From Prevotella sp. (GTDB taxonomy: Bacteria > Bacteroidota > Bacteroidia > Bacteroidales > Bacteroidaceae), in assembly GCA_030539375.1 (NCBI GenBank), contig JAUNSB010000001.1:49375-113374 (forward strand): a DNA stretch of 64,000 bases. The letters are read 5' to 3'. Shown here piece after piece: positions 28,332 through 38,412 of this stretch. Each line of letters starts with the position of its first letter. Positions within the stretch are counted from its first letter, which is position 1. The notes below the pieces were generated by a model. It was not told where the DNA came from, did not search any database, and saw only the letters and a program-made list of their open reading frames with translations. The position numbers and the translations under genes are program-made.

Positions 28332-30557
28332 ATGCGTAGCATAACATATATTCTCATATTTGCAGTATTGGTGCTGTTAGAGGCATGTTCACCGTCAAAG
28401 TATGTGGCTGACGGCGACATGCTGCTCGACGACATCAAAATAGAGGTCGACGGCAACTATCCTGACATAAATGTCGGGCAGCTGAAGTCGTATGTTCACC
28501 AGCGTGGCAACTCGCGCTGGTTTGGCGCATTTAAAATACCGCTCTCCACCTATTCGCTCTCTGGGCGCGACAGCGCCGTGTGGATAAACCGTGTGCTTAG
28601 GCGCATGGGCGAGGAACCTGTGATATACGACTCGCTGAAAACCATGCGCAGCTGCATGGACCTTCGTACAGCCCTTCAGAACCAGGGCTATCTGCATGCC
28701 ACAGTGGATGCCGACACCGTGACGTTAGGAACCAAGAAGACCCGGGTGAAATACACGCTTCATCCAGGAGGTCCTTTTTATATAAAAGGTGTGAGCTACG
28801 ACATACGTGACTCGGTGGTAGCCCGGACGCTGGCGCAAAAAGGCGTGACAGAGAACAGACTGACAGACGGAATGCGATTCAATGTGAACAGGTTGAACGA
28901 TGAGCGTAAGCATATCACCGACATATTGTTGAACAATGGCTATTACAAGTTCAACAAGGACTTTATCAGCTACACTGCCGATACGCTGAGGGGTGACAGC
29001 AGCATTAACCTTACGCTTCACCTTATGCCCTACCGCACACATGCGGTGGCGGACACGCTGCATCCTTTCTACCGTATAGGCAAAATAAGATACATACCCG
29101 GCGTCACTGTCGACGGCAATGCCGATGACAAGATGCACCTGCGCCTGAGAGTGTTGCGCAACAACACCAGTCTGCGCGAGGGGATGCCATATTCCTCAAA
29201 TGACCTGCAGAATACATACAACAACTTCGGCAGACTGTCGGCTGTGAGATACACGAACATCGATTTTAAGGAGTGTCCTGGCAATATTCTCGACTGTAAC
29301 ATTCAGGTAAGCACCAACAAACCTCATACAATCAGTTTTGAACCTGAAGGCACCAATACTGCCGGCGACCTGGGAGCCGCCGCATCGCTGACATATCAGA
29401 ACAGCAACCTGTTCAGGGGAAGTGAACTGCTGAGCGTGCAGGTGCGTGGAGCCTACGAGGCGATACACGGACTGGAGGGCTACAGCAACTCCGACTTCGT
29501 GGAGTATGGAGTGGAGGCACGCCTGTCGTTCCCACGATTTTTGTTGCCATTTGCCAGCACCCATTTCCTGCAGCGTTCCGACATGAGCACCCAACTCTCG
29601 GTGATGTACGATAACCAGGAACGTCCCGAATACCACCGTCGTGTGCTTAATGCCGCACTGAAATACAAGTGGGCAAACGCCGGTCACCACGACCGTTATC
29701 AGGTGGACCTCATTGACATGAGTTATGTGTATATGCCGTGGATTTCGGAGACATTCCGCAAGGATTATCTTGAGGACAATAACAACCGCAACGCCATTCT
29801 GCGCTATAACTACGAGAACATGCTTATCATGAAGCTGGGACTGGGCTATATATATAATAATGGTACGCGCGCGATAAAGCTCAACCTTGAATCGGCGGGC
29901 AATCTGCTCGGAGCATTTGCAAAACTGGCAAACACATCGAAGAACGAATTAGGGCAGTATCGCGTGATGAACATCGCCTTTGCCCAATATGCCAAGGCGG
30001 ACATTGACTACACCCGCAACATCAGGCTTGACTACAACAGCCAGCTTGTGCTTCATGCCGCCTTGGGCATTGCCTATCCCTACGGCAACAGCAAGGTGCT
30101 GCCTTTTGAGAAACGTTACTTCTCGGGAGGTGCCAACAGCGTACGTGGATGGAGTGTGCGCTCACTTGGTCCTGGAAAGTTCCGGGGCACCGACGGAAAT
30201 ATCGACTTTATCAACCAGACCGGCGACCTGAAGCTCGACCTCAACATGGAGTATCGCGCCCATCTGTTCTGGAAGTTCAACGGTGCCGTGTTCATTGATG
30301 CCGGCAATATCTGGACACTGCGCAATTACGAGGAGCAGCCCGGCGGACAGTTCAAGATTGATGAGTTCTGGAAGCAGATAGCGGTGGGCTACGGAGCCGG
30401 AGTGCGCCTGAACTTCGACTATTTCATTGTGCGTTTCGACTTTGGAATGAAGGCAGTCAATCCTGCCTATGAAAATCATCGCGACCACTATCCTATAGTG
30501 CATCCGCGCCTCAGCCGTGACCTCACTTTCCACTTTGCTATAGGCTATCCATTCTGA
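28332..30557 (+). CDS. BamA/TamA-family outer-membrane protein (surface antigen D15 barrel)
   Basis: 741 aa with a signal/lipobox LLEAC. The C-terminal Omp85 barrel motifs are RYFSGGANSVRGW, FIDAGNIW and GAGVRLNFDYFIVRFDFG. Confidence 0.75.
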   Translation: MRSITYILIFAVLVLLEACSPSKYVADGDMLLDDIKIEVDGNYPDINVGQLKSYVHQRGNSRWFGAFKIPLSTYSLSGRDSAVWINRVLRRMGEEPVIYDSLKTMRSCMDLRTALQNQGYLHATVDADTVTLGTKKTRVKYTLHPGGPFYIKGVSYDIRDSVVARTLAQKGVTENRLTDGMRFNVNRLNDERKHITDILLNNGYYKFNKDFISYTADTLRGDSSINLTLHLMPYRTHAVADTLHPFYRIGKIRYIPGVTVDGNADDKMHLRLRVLRNNTSLREGMPYSSNDLQNTYNNFGRLSAVRYTNIDFKECPGNILDCNIQVSTNKPHTISFEPEGTNTAGDLGAAASLTYQNSNLFRGSELLSVQVRGAYEAIHGLEGYSNSDFVEYGVEARLSFPRFLLPFASTHFLQRSDMSTQLSVMYDNQERPEYHRRVLNAALKYKWANAGHHDRYQVDLIDMSYVYMPWISETFRKDYLEDNNNRNAILRYNYENMLIMKLGLGYIYNNGTRAIKLNLESAGNLLGAFAKLANTSKNELGQYRVMNIAFAQYAKADIDYTRNIRLDYNSQLVLHAALGIAYPYGNSKVLPFEKRYFSGGANSVRGWSVRSLGPGKFRGTDGNIDFINQTGDLKLDLNMEYRAHLFWKFNGAVFIDAGNIWTLRNYEEQPGGQFKIDEFWKQIAVGYGAGVRLNFDYFIVRFDFGMKAVNPAYENHRDHYPIVHPRLSRDLTFHFAIGYPF

Positions 30558-30993
30558 CAAGCCATTTTTTGCCGTGCTTAACCATGACGAACGACACCTT
30601 CATCCCGCTGTTCACTATAGGCTGTTCATCAATCATTTTTGCCAAAACATAGTTGTTGGCGGTAAGCTCCACCGTGGCTGTGGTGTCACTGGTCATTGTG
30701 ATGTTGTCCACACTCACCGTTGCCGCCTTGTCCTGATTTCTGATTGCCTCCACCACAGCGGTGTCTACATTGCTTGCCACCAGCTCTATCCATTTGCGGC
30801 TGTCATCAGTGACCATGGCGGCAGCCTCTTTCAGCTCGTAATTGAAAAAATGATTGCCAAACTCCTCGGCTGTCACCTCTATCTCTCTATCCTTAGAAGA
30901 GTAAAGGGTGCATGAACTTACGGCCGCTGTCATGGCAGTAAACGCAAAAAATGCTGTAACCGATTTGCGAAAAACACAAAAATACATCTTCAT
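30538..30993 (-). CDS. small lipoprotein, unknown function
   Basis: Start set at MKMYFCVFRKSVTAFFAFTAMTAAVSSC (lipobox). Its 3' end overlaps the convergent BamA-like gene by 20 nt. Confidence 0.45.
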   Translation of the reverse strand: MKMYFCVFRKSVTAFFAFTAMTAAVSSCTLYSSKDREIEVTAEEFGNHFFNYELKEAAAMVTDDSRKWIELVASNVDTAVVEAIRNQDKAATVSVDNITMTSDTTATVELTANNYVLAKMIDEQPIVNSGMKVSFVMVKHGKKWLVRMDSL

Positions 30994-31060
30994 CAATTTA
31001 AAATTATTGAAATTTTCCACAAAGATAATGATTTTATTTTGTATTTCTCGTTTTTTTTGC

Positions 31061-31068
31061 TAATTTTG
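31061..31068 (+). promoter_or_regulatory. -7 promoter box (TAATTTTG) for the MBL-fold hydrolase gene
   Basis: Exact TAnnTTTG match. It lies inside the ORF-track N-terminal extension, which supports the start at 31087. Confidence 0.5.
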
Positions 31069-31086
31069 CAGAAAATAATAACCAAA

Positions 31087-31905
31087 ATGCTGAAATTTAT
31101 CTCATTCGGCAGTGGAAGTAGCGGTAACTGCTATTATTTGAGTACTGCTACCGATGCTATTTTAATTGACACGGGTGTTGGAATACGCCTGCTGAAAAAG
31201 CATGCAAGGGAGTATGGCGTAAACCTGTCGCTTGTGAGCAATATTCTTATCACTCACGACCATGCCGACCATATCAAGGCTGTGGGGGTGGTGAGCCACG
31301 AGTGTCATCTGCCTGTGTGGACCACGGACAAGATACATCATGGCATAAACCGCAACTATTGTGTACCTAAAAAGGTGGATGCCGCGCTTGTGCGCAATAT
31401 CGAGAAGGAGCGCACATATCAGGTTGGCGAGTTCAGTGTGACCGCATTCGATGTGCCTCATGACTCCACCGAATGTGTGGGCTACTGTATTGAAGCGGAG
31501 GATGAAACCGTGTGCATAATCACCGATGTAGGTACTATCACTGACACCATAAAAGGCTATATAAGCCGTGCCAACCGCCTTGTGATAGAGGCAAATTACG
31601 ACCGCGAGATGCTTGTGAACGGCAAGTATCCGAATTTTCTCAAGAAACGCATAATGAGCAATGTGGGGCACACCAGCAACGACGAGTGTGCAGAGGCGCT
31701 GGTGGAGAATCTCACAGACAGGATAAAAACCGTGTGCCTGTGTCATCTCAGCGAGGAGAACAATCATCCCGAACTGGCGCGCAAGTCAGTGGAGACAGTC
31801 ATGCGTGCCCACGGCATCATACCTGACAAGGATTTTGACCTTATGGTGCTCAGACGCACGCTGCCAACAATGATTTTTGAAACAAATGACAACGAAGATG
31901 ACTGA
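31087..31905 (+). CDS. MBL-fold metallo-hydrolase
   Basis: MLKFISFGSGSSGNCYYL... followed by the HxHxDH motif (ITHDHADHIK). Confidence 0.8.
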   Translation: MLKFISFGSGSSGNCYYLSTATDAILIDTGVGIRLLKKHAREYGVNLSLVSNILITHDHADHIKAVGVVSHECHLPVWTTDKIHHGINRNYCVPKKVDAALVRNIEKERTYQVGEFSVTAFDVPHDSTECVGYCIEAEDETVCIITDVGTITDTIKGYISRANRLVIEANYDREMLVNGKYPNFLKKRIMSNVGHTSNDECAEALVENLTDRIKTVCLCHLSEENNHPELARKSVETVMRAHGIIPDKDFDLMVLRRTLPTMIFETNDNEDD

Positions 31906-33214
31906 GACAATACTCAATAAACTCGGCATAGAGGCTCTCAATGACATGCAACAGTCGGCTTTTGCTGCAATTACCGAAAACAGTGGCGACGTGATAATTC
32001 TCTCGCCTACGGGCAGCGGCAAGACTCTTGCATATCTTCTGCCTTTGGTGCAAGGGCTCGACCCCAATGGCGGTGTGCAGGCTCTTGTGGTTACGCCTGG
32101 CCGTGAGCTGGCGCTGCAATCGTCTACCGTGATGAAGAATATGGGCAGCGGACTGCGCTCCACGGCATGCTACGGCGGGCGCACAGCCATGGAGGAGCAC
32201 AAGACTCTGCGCGAGGTCAAGCCGCATGTGGTGTTTGGCACTCCGGGCAGGCTCAACGACCATCTTGGCAAGAACAATATCAATCCCTATGGCATACGCT
32301 TTCTTATAATCGACGAGTTTGACAAATGTCTTGAAATGGGATTCTTCGATGAGATGTCGCGTCTGGTGAAACAACTTCCGGGAGTGCGCCGGCGCATACT
32401 TTTGTCTGCCACAGATACTGAGGACATTCCGCATTTTATAAGAATGCACGATGCTGTACGGCTTGATTTCACTGATGACACCGAGCAGGTGAGCGGACGT
32501 GTCACTATATATAAGGTGCAAAGTCCGGTAAAGGATAAGCTCGACACCCTCAGCCGTCTGCTCCGTAGTCAGGGCGACAGCAGCAGTATAGTGTTCCTTA
32601 ACTATCGTGACGCAGTGGAGCGCACCGCCGACTATCTGCGTAAATGTGGTTTCGCCGTGAGTGCCTTTCATGGAGGCATGGATCAGAAGCTGCGCGAGGA
32701 TGCGCTCTATAAGTTCAGCAACGGCTCGGCAAACGTGTGTGTCAGCACCGACCTTGCCTCCCGTGGTCTTGACATTCCCGACATTGACAACATCATCCAC
32801 TATCATCTGCCTCAGACCGAGGATGACTATATCCACCGTGTGGGACGTACCGCCCGTTGGGAGGCAAACGGCAAGGCATATTTCGTGCTTGGTCCCGGGG
32901 AGCATGTTCCAGAGTTTGTAAAGGCTGACCTTGAAACTTTTGTCATCGACGACGACAACCTGCCGCCTCCGTCAGAGCCGCGTATGACTACCGTTTATAT
33001 AGGCAAGGGCAAGAAGGACAAGATCAGCAAGGGCGACATTGTGGGATTTCTCTGCAAGAAGGGCGGACTGCAGTCGGGCGAGATTGGGCGCATCGACGTG
33101 ATGGACCGCTATGCCTACGCTGCTGTCAGCCGTAAGCGTGTCAACGCCTTGCTTGCCAGTCTGCGTGGTGAGAAGATAAAAGGGGTGAAGACAATAGTGG
33201 AATTGGTGAAATAG
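31877..33214 (+). CDS. DEAD-box ATP-dependent RNA helicase with DbpA-like C-terminal RNA-binding domain
   Basis: Motifs SPTGSGKT, TPGRL, IDEFD (DEAD variant), SAT and HRVGRTAR. C-terminal KGDIVGFL...IGRIDV resembles a DbpA domain. The exact start is ambiguous (Met at 31877, 31886 or 31898). Confidence 0.8.
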   Translation: MKQMTTKMTETILNKLGIEALNDMQQSAFAAITENSGDVIILSPTGSGKTLAYLLPLVQGLDPNGGVQALVVTPGRELALQSSTVMKNMGSGLRSTACYGGRTAMEEHKTLREVKPHVVFGTPGRLNDHLGKNNINPYGIRFLIIDEFDKCLEMGFFDEMSRLVKQLPGVRRRILLSATDTEDIPHFIRMHDAVRLDFTDDTEQVSGRVTIYKVQSPVKDKLDTLSRLLRSQGDSSSIVFLNYRDAVERTADYLRKCGFAVSAFHGGMDQKLREDALYKFSNGSANVCVSTDLASRGLDIPDIDNIIHYHLPQTEDDYIHRVGRTARWEANGKAYFVLGPGEHVPEFVKADLETFVIDDDNLPPPSEPRMTTVYIGKGKKDKISKGDIVGFLCKKGGLQSGEIGRIDVMDRYAYAAVSRKRVNALLASLRGEKIKGVKTIVELVK

Positions 33215-33310
33215 TAACATTTCTGCATTGTGCAGATTGCAAAATGATAGATAGTAGCCCTAATTTTATGAATTGTTGCTAAAATATTTGGCAGTTTAAG
33301 ATAAAAAGTG

Positions 33311-33318
33311 TAAATTTG
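33311..33318 (+). promoter_or_regulatory. -7 promoter box (TAAATTTG) for serC-serA
   Basis: Exact TAnnTTTG match about 80 nt upstream of ATG 33398. Confidence 0.5.
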
Positions 33319-33397
33319 CAGCGCAATTTATAAACGTGACATAAAAATTAAGCGTGAATAATAAGAAACGAAATAAATAATCAAAACAAAATTAACT

Positions 33398-34465
33398 ATG
33401 AAGAAGTATAATTTTAATGCAGGTCCTTCGATGCTTCCTCGTGAAGTGATTGAGAACACCGCAAAGCAGTGTCTGGACTTCCAGGATTCAGGTCTCTCAT
33501 TGATGGAGATTAGTCATCGTGCCAAGAATTTCCAGCCCGTTGTTGACGAGGCAGAGGCTCTCGTGAAAGAGCTCCTCCAGGTGCCAGAGGGTTATTCGGT
33601 ATTGTTCCTTGGAGGTGGCGCCTCGTTGGAATTCTGTATGATACCATATAACTTCCTGATCAAGAAGGCTGGTTATCTGAACACTGGTGTATGGGCAAAG
33701 AAGGCAATGAAAGAGGCTAAGCTCTTCGGTGAGGTGGTAGAGGTGGCTTCTTCAGCTGACGCCAACTACACCTTTATCCCGAAGGATTGGACATGCCCGT
33801 CAGATATCGACTACCTGCACATCACAACCAACAATACCATCTATGGTACTGAAATCCGTAAGGACCTTGACGTGAATGTGCCCATCATCGCCGACATGTC
33901 ATCAGACATCATGAGCCGTCCTGTTGATGTAAGCAAGTATGACTGCATCTACGGTGGTGCCCAGAAGAACCTCTCTATGGCAGGTGTAACATTCGTAATT
34001 GTGAAGAACGACGCTCTCGGAAAGGCTCCACGCGAGATTCCTACAATGCTCGACTACCGCACACACGTTGAGAAGGGCTCCATGTTCAACACTCCACCTG
34101 TAGTTCCAATCTACTGCATGCTCGAGAACCTCCGTTGGATCAAGAAGAACGGTGGTGTTGAGGCTATGGCAAAGAGGGCAGAGGAGAGAGCTGCCATCGT
34201 CTATGGTGAGATCGACCGCAACAAGCTGTTCCACGGTACTGTTGAGACTGAGGACCGCTCGCTGATGAACATCTGCTTCGTGATGAACGACGAGTATAAG
34301 GAACTGGAGAAGCCGTTCTTTGATTTTGCCACTTCAAAGGGTATGGTGGGCATCAAGGGGCACCGCTCTGTTGGCGGTTTCCGTGCAAGCTGCTACAATG
34401 CCCAGACCATCGAGGGTGTTGAGGCTCTCGTTGCCTGCATGAAGGAGTTTGAGGCAATGAACTGA
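33398..34465 (+). CDS. serC: 3-phosphoserine/phosphohydroxythreonine aminotransferase
   Basis: 355 aa. N-terminus [14 protein letters not shown], and a PLP-Lys region [18 protein letters not shown]. Confidence 0.9.
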   Translation: MKKYNFNAGPSMLPREVIENTAKQCLDFQDSGLSLMEISHRAKNFQPVVDEAEALVKELLQVPEGYSVLFLGGGASLEFCMIPYNFLIKKAGYLNTGVWAKKAMKEAKLFGEVVEVASSADANYTFIPKDWTCPSDIDYLHITTNNTIYGTEIRKDLDVNVPIIADMSSDIMSRPVDVSKYDCIYGGAQKNLSMAGVTFVIVKNDALGKAPREIPTMLDYRTHVEKGSMFNTPPVVPIYCMLENLRWIKKNGGVEAMAKRAEERAAIVYGEIDRNKLFHGTVETEDRSLMNICFVMNDEYKELEKPFFDFATSKGMVGIKGHRSVGGFRASCYNAQTIEGVEALVACMKEFEAMN

Positions 34466-34487
34466 TAATAAGTAATAAAAAGAAATT

Positions 34488-35405
34488 ATGAAAGTTTTAG
34501 TAGCTACAGAGAAACCTTTTGCAGCCGCCGCTGTGGAGGGAATAAAGAAAGAGGTTGAGGCTGCAGGCAATGAGCTTGTGCTGCTTGAGAAATATACGGA
34601 GAAACAGCAGCTTCTCGATGCTGTTGCCGATGCCGATGCGCTTATCGTGCGCAGCGACAAGGTGACTGCCGAGGTGCTCGATGCTGCAAAGCAGCTGAAG
34701 ATTGTGGTGCGTGCCGGTGCCGGTTACGACAATATCGACTGCGAGGCTGCAAAGGCAAAGGGCGTTGTGGCTGAGAATACTCCTGGTCAGAACTCCAATG
34801 CTGTGGCAGAGCTTGTGTTCGGTATGCTTGTTGCCGCCGTGCGCAACTTCTACAACGGCAAGGCAGGCACTGAGCTTTATGGCAAGAAGCTGGGTATCCT
34901 CGCCTTCGGTAATGTTGGCCGCAATGTTGCCCGTATCGCCAAGGGTTTTGGCATGGACGTTTATGCTTACGATGCTTTCTGTCCTGCCGACGTTATCGAG
35001 GCTGCCGGTGTTCACGCCGTGGCAAATCAGGACGCTCTCTTCGAGACCTGCGATGTGGTTTCACTCCACATCCCGGCTACTCCCGAGACAAAGCAGAGCA
35101 TCAACAAGGCTCTCGTAGGCAAGATGAAGAAGGGCGGCATCCTCGTGAACACAGCCCGCAAGGAAGTTATCAACGAGCCTGAGCTTATCAGTCTCATGGC
35201 CGAGCGTGCCGACCTGAAGTTCGTCACCGACATCATGCCTGATGCCAACGATGAGTTTGCCAAGTTCGAGGGCCGCTACTTCACCACACCTAAGAAGATG
35301 GGTGCGCAGACTGCCGAGGCTAACATCAACGCCGGCATTGCCGCCGCCAAGCAGATCAACGCCTTCTTCAAGGACGGCTGCACAAAGTTCCAGGTGAACA
35401 AGTAA
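34488..35405 (+). CDS. serA: D-3-phosphoglycerate dehydrogenase-type 2-hydroxyacid dehydrogenase (short form)
   Basis: 305 aa. NAD-binding GILAFGNVGRNVARIA, catalytic-region motifs LVNTARKEVI and TPH-equivalent. Directly downstream of serC. Confidence 0.7.
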   Translation: MKVLVATEKPFAAAAVEGIKKEVEAAGNELVLLEKYTEKQQLLDAVADADALIVRSDKVTAEVLDAAKQLKIVVRAGAGYDNIDCEAAKAKGVVAENTPGQNSNAVAELVFGMLVAAVRNFYNGKAGTELYGKKLGILAFGNVGRNVARIAKGFGMDVYAYDAFCPADVIEAAGVHAVANQDALFETCDVVSLHIPATPETKQSINKALVGKMKKGGILVNTARKEVINEPELISLMAERADLKFVTDIMPDANDEFAKFEGRYFTTPKKMGAQTAEANINAGIAAAKQINAFFKDGCTKFQVNK

Positions 35406-35431
35406 AGAATGTGTTTTAAATGAATTGATTT

Positions 35432-35480
35432 TTCCGTCATAGCAGGTGTGGCTTTGAGCTGCACTGTTATGACGGATCTT
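35432..35480 (+). terminator. hairpin terminator between convergent serA and hipA
   Basis: 9-bp stem TCCGTCATA (35432-40) / TATGACGGA (35467-75), an inner GCAG/CTGC pairing, and a T-rich tail TCTTTTAT. Confidence 0.5.
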
Positions 35481-36728
35481 TTATCTTATTGTTTTTAGAA
35501 ATCCATCAATTTCTTTAATGTATGCTTCGTTGATACTATTGGCAGAAGCAAAATCAGAAAAATGATGAACTGTATATTCAACATCGTTGAGTATGGAAGT
35601 TGCATTTTTTACGCACATCTCCTCACCAAATGCAAGAATGTCACTGCTGGTTATATCCCTGTCTTTCCCGCATAATGTCAGTTCGTGACGATGATACAGT
35701 GATGACCCGTGAACATCTACTGTGAAGTTCAGGTCGTATGCAGGTGCAAAATGCCATTGACCGTCTTTTTTCATGAGGAATGAGAAATTCTTGTTATGGT
35801 CATCCATATTTGCAGCCAAAATATTGAATGCAGCAAGCCGGAATATCTCACAGACTTCACAGTCTGGAATATTCAGCATACGCGCAGCTTTCATAAGCTC
35901 CTCATAACTGTCAGCCTCAGGATACATTGCAGCCAATGTCTGGATATGTATTTTTTCTTTTCCCTCACGGTCAAACCGCTCAGTCAGGAAATGCCGGTGT
36001 CCGTCTATTGTTACAAGTTTCGACGGCATCATCTTTATACCACACGATACAGCCATGTCGTAATATGTTTTTTCCATCTGTGAGTAAGGGAAACGCCCGT
36101 TTCTGTCAAACTTTAATATATAATATTTGTAGTTGCCGTCTAAAGGTATCTGCCCTGATTTTATAGTGCCGTCATCCTCATTTATTGCTATTATTGCCTT
36201 TGGCTGCATGCCACCGGCTGATGTGCCGACAAGATAAAGGCTTTGCATGCTGGCTGCTGAAATATGTTCCTGAACTTTTGTTCTCTCATTGAGAATGTCA
36301 TCTGCAATTTTATACAGACTCGACAGCTCAACCTCAATAGGCTTGTCCCATTCTTCAAGGCATGGCTCAAACTCCAATGCACCCATAGCACGTTTGCCCA
36401 TAAATGCCAGTGCATCTACAGGAGTGAAATGCACATTAGGCATATTCTCTTTGCTCCATCTTGCCATAAGTGTCTCTCCCCATCTGTCAGGAAGTGAGTC
36501 GGCAAGAAATTCCGGTAATCCCTTATATATTTTTTTGTTGGTGTTACCCTTGTATATTCCGCCTTGCCTTAGATATGGATTTGAGATAGATGCAGTTAAT
36601 GGCGCAATATCGTATTTCTTCGCTGCAAAGGAAGGGGAAAAGCTGAACAAAGCCCTGCGTCCTTTTTTATCCCACGCGAGTCTTCCCACATCATTGCCCC
36701 ACAGCTTTACTTTCAATATGTTGTCCAT
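35481..36728 (-). CDS. hipA: HipA-family type II toxin (Ser/Thr kinase)
   Basis: 415 aa. HipA N-terminal coupling region (MDNILKVKLWGNDVGRLAWD), catalytic loop NMDDHNKNFSFLM, and SAGGMQPKA nucleotide-binding motif. Confidence 0.85.
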   Translation of the reverse strand: MDNILKVKLWGNDVGRLAWDKKGRRALFSFSPSFAAKKYDIAPLTASISNPYLRQGGIYKGNTNKKIYKGLPEFLADSLPDRWGETLMARWSKENMPNVHFTPVDALAFMGKRAMGALEFEPCLEEWDKPIEVELSSLYKIADDILNERTKVQEHISAASMQSLYLVGTSAGGMQPKAIIAINEDDGTIKSGQIPLDGNYKYYILKFDRNGRFPYSQMEKTYYDMAVSCGIKMMPSKLVTIDGHRHFLTERFDREGKEKIHIQTLAAMYPEADSYEELMKAARMLNIPDCEVCEIFRLAAFNILAANMDDHNKNFSFLMKKDGQWHFAPAYDLNFTVDVHGSSLYHRHELTLCGKDRDITSSDILAFGEEMCVKNATSILNDVEYTVHHFSDFASANSINEAYIKEIDGFLKTIR

Positions 36729-36745
36729 AATTGTCGTTTCTTTTT

Positions 36746-37063
36746 TTAATGCTTAACTCTTTGCCTTTGCTTTCCCTTTAGTATTTTCTGAATCTCCTCC
36801 ATTTCAAAGGGTGATACAGGCAGTTCGGGCAACACTGCCTCTATCTGTTCGAGAATACCTATTGCCCTCATCAGTCTCAACAGTGAGTCAAGAGTAATAT
36901 TTTTAGCCTTGCCGTTTTCAAAATTTTTCACTGTGGCAATGCCCACACCGGCATTTACTGCCAATTCCTGTTGCGTTAGATTGGCGGCAATGCGATAGCG
37001 TTTGCAGTTCAGTCCCATTCTGGATATGATTTGCGCATTAGTGTCTCCATATATCACATTCAT
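36746..37063 (-). CDS. hipB: XRE-family HTH antitoxin (HipB-like)
   Basis: 105 aa. HTH LTQQELAVNAGVGIATVKNFENG. Its stop is 17 nt upstream of the hipA start. Confidence 0.75.
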   Translation of the reverse strand: MNVIYGDTNAQIISRMGLNCKRYRIAANLTQQELAVNAGVGIATVKNFENGKAKNITLDSLLRLMRAIGILEQIEAVLPELPVSPFEMEEIQKILKGKQRQRVKH

Positions 37064-37067
37064 GGTG

Positions 37068-37075
37068 CAAAGGTA
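37068..37075 (-). promoter_or_regulatory. -7 promoter box (TACCTTTG) abutting the hipB start codon
   Basis: The reverse complement of caaaggta. The box ends only 4 nt before ATG 37063, which implies a leaderless or near-leaderless hipB mRNA. Confidence 0.35.
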
Positions 37076-37102
37076 TAAAATATTAGCCGTAAATGCAAGA
37101 TT

Positions 37103-37134
37103 CTATAGTTAATATACTATAAATTATACTATAG
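37103..37134. promoter_or_regulatory. operator-like repeats upstream of hipBA
   Basis: TATAGT (37104-09) is inverted relative to two copies of ATACTATA (37114-21, 37126-33). The copies are spaced 12 bp apart and lie just upstream of the -7 box. Confidence 0.35.
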
Positions 37135-37312
37135 CCATTCTTCTGACCTAAAATAACAGAACAATTTGATGGAAATCGCCACATTATAGCTTTTAAACAT
37201 TTCTTTTCATAAAATATGATTTTGCGATGCAATGTTTTCTCCGATGTTGCATTATACAGGTGAACGAGAAAAAAGAAACATGTATAACCAATAAAAAAGG
37301 AGAAAAGGAATT

Positions 37313-38059
37313 ATGAAAAGAATGAAACTTACAGCTTATGTGCTGGGACTTTTGACTGCAGGATTCACTTTGCAGTCGTGCGACAATGATGATGACGACA
37401 ACTGGGAGCTGCGCCGCCCTACGGCATTAGTGACTGTGCGTCCTCAGGCTGATGGGAAATTTACGCTTCAGCTCGACAATAACACAACGCTGTTCCCGTC
37501 GAACATGGACAAGTCGCCATACGGCGACAAGGAGGTGCGCGCTCTGGTGAACTACACCGAGGAGTACGGCGACAACGTTTCGCCTACTGACAATCGGGTA
37601 CGCTCGGTGCACATCAACTGGATTGACAGCATAAGGACCAAGATGCCCGTGCCCACGCTCGGCGAGGAGAATGACGCCAAGTATGGCAAGGACCCGATAG
37701 AGATTGTCCGTGACTGGGTGACGGTGGCTGAGGACGGCTATCTCACACTCCGCATCCGCACCACATGGGGAGTGGTAAACACTCCGCACTACATCAACCT
37801 GCTCACAGGCGTTAACCCTGAGAATCCTTACGAGCTGGAGCTCCGCCACGATGCCCGTGGCGATGTGGGAGGCTACTTTGCCGATGCGCTGATAGCCTTC
37901 AACCTGAACGACCTGCCGCGCACCGACGACAAGAACGTGAAGATAAAGCTCAACTGGCAGTCGTTCTCCGGCAAGAAGTCGATAGAGTTTGAGCTCTATC
38001 TCCGTCCGCAGGAGGAGAAAGAATATCCAGTGATGGAGCACAACAAGCTTGTGAAATAA
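37313..38059 (+). CDS. NigD-like lipoprotein
   Basis: 248 aa. Lipobox TLQSCDNDDDD followed by RPTALVTVRPQADGKFTLQLDNNTTLFPSNM, a typical NigD1/NigD2 N-terminal domain. Confidence 0.65.
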   Translation: MKRMKLTAYVLGLLTAGFTLQSCDNDDDDNWELRRPTALVTVRPQADGKFTLQLDNNTTLFPSNMDKSPYGDKEVRALVNYTEEYGDNVSPTDNRVRSVHINWIDSIRTKMPVPTLGEENDAKYGKDPIEIVRDWVTVAEDGYLTLRIRTTWGVVNTPHYINLLTGVNPENPYELELRHDARGDVGGYFADALIAFNLNDLPRTDDKNVKIKLNWQSFSGKKSIEFELYLRPQEEKEYPVMEHNKLVK

Positions 38060-38074
38060 GAATTTATTTACGAC

Positions 38075-38129
38075 TATAAGTTTTAGCCGCACAGCTATAA
38101 GTTTTAGCTGTGCGGCTAAAACTTATAGC
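38075..38129 (+). terminator. perfect 22-bp inverted repeat hairpin downstream of the NigD-like gene
   Basis: CTATAAGTTTTAGCCGCACAGC (38075-96), an 11-nt loop, then GCTGTGCGGCTAAAACTTATAG (38108-29). There is no clean T-tract, so it may act as a stabiliser or terminator. Confidence 0.5.
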
Positions 38130-38412
38130 TACAAAACTAAAACTTGTATTTATAAATAATATCACTAATAAAATTTTTTTATTGTTGTCCGGAAGAATTT
38201 TCTGTCTATATTTTTAGACAAAATATGCTTACTGTTGTGTGACACATTTTGCAATTGTAATTATGTGTCTGGACTTTGGGCATGTAAGCATGGCAAATGT
38301 CTCTTTTTAATCTTTCTGCCGCAGAGGTCGGCATATCCGTCTATTTCTGAATTATGACATGGCGGACTCTGAAAAATATGTAGTATTGTTTGGCGGTTAC
38401 GGATAAAAGTGT

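Noticed and set aside
30538-30557. 20-nt convergent overlap of the BamA-like gene and the small lipoprotein gene as a regulatory feature
   Set aside because: Short convergent 3' overlaps are common, and nothing in the sequence suggests more.
31850-32905. 351-aa minus-strand ORF opposite the DEAD-box helicase gene
   Set aside because: It has no recognisable motifs and is fully contained in a gene with all the DEAD-box motifs, so it is a shadow ORF.
37427-38092. 221-aa minus-strand ORF opposite the NigD-like gene
   Set aside because: It is a shadow ORF. The plus-strand product has a lipobox and a NigD-like N-terminal domain, while the minus-strand product is His/Arg/Val-rich nonsense.
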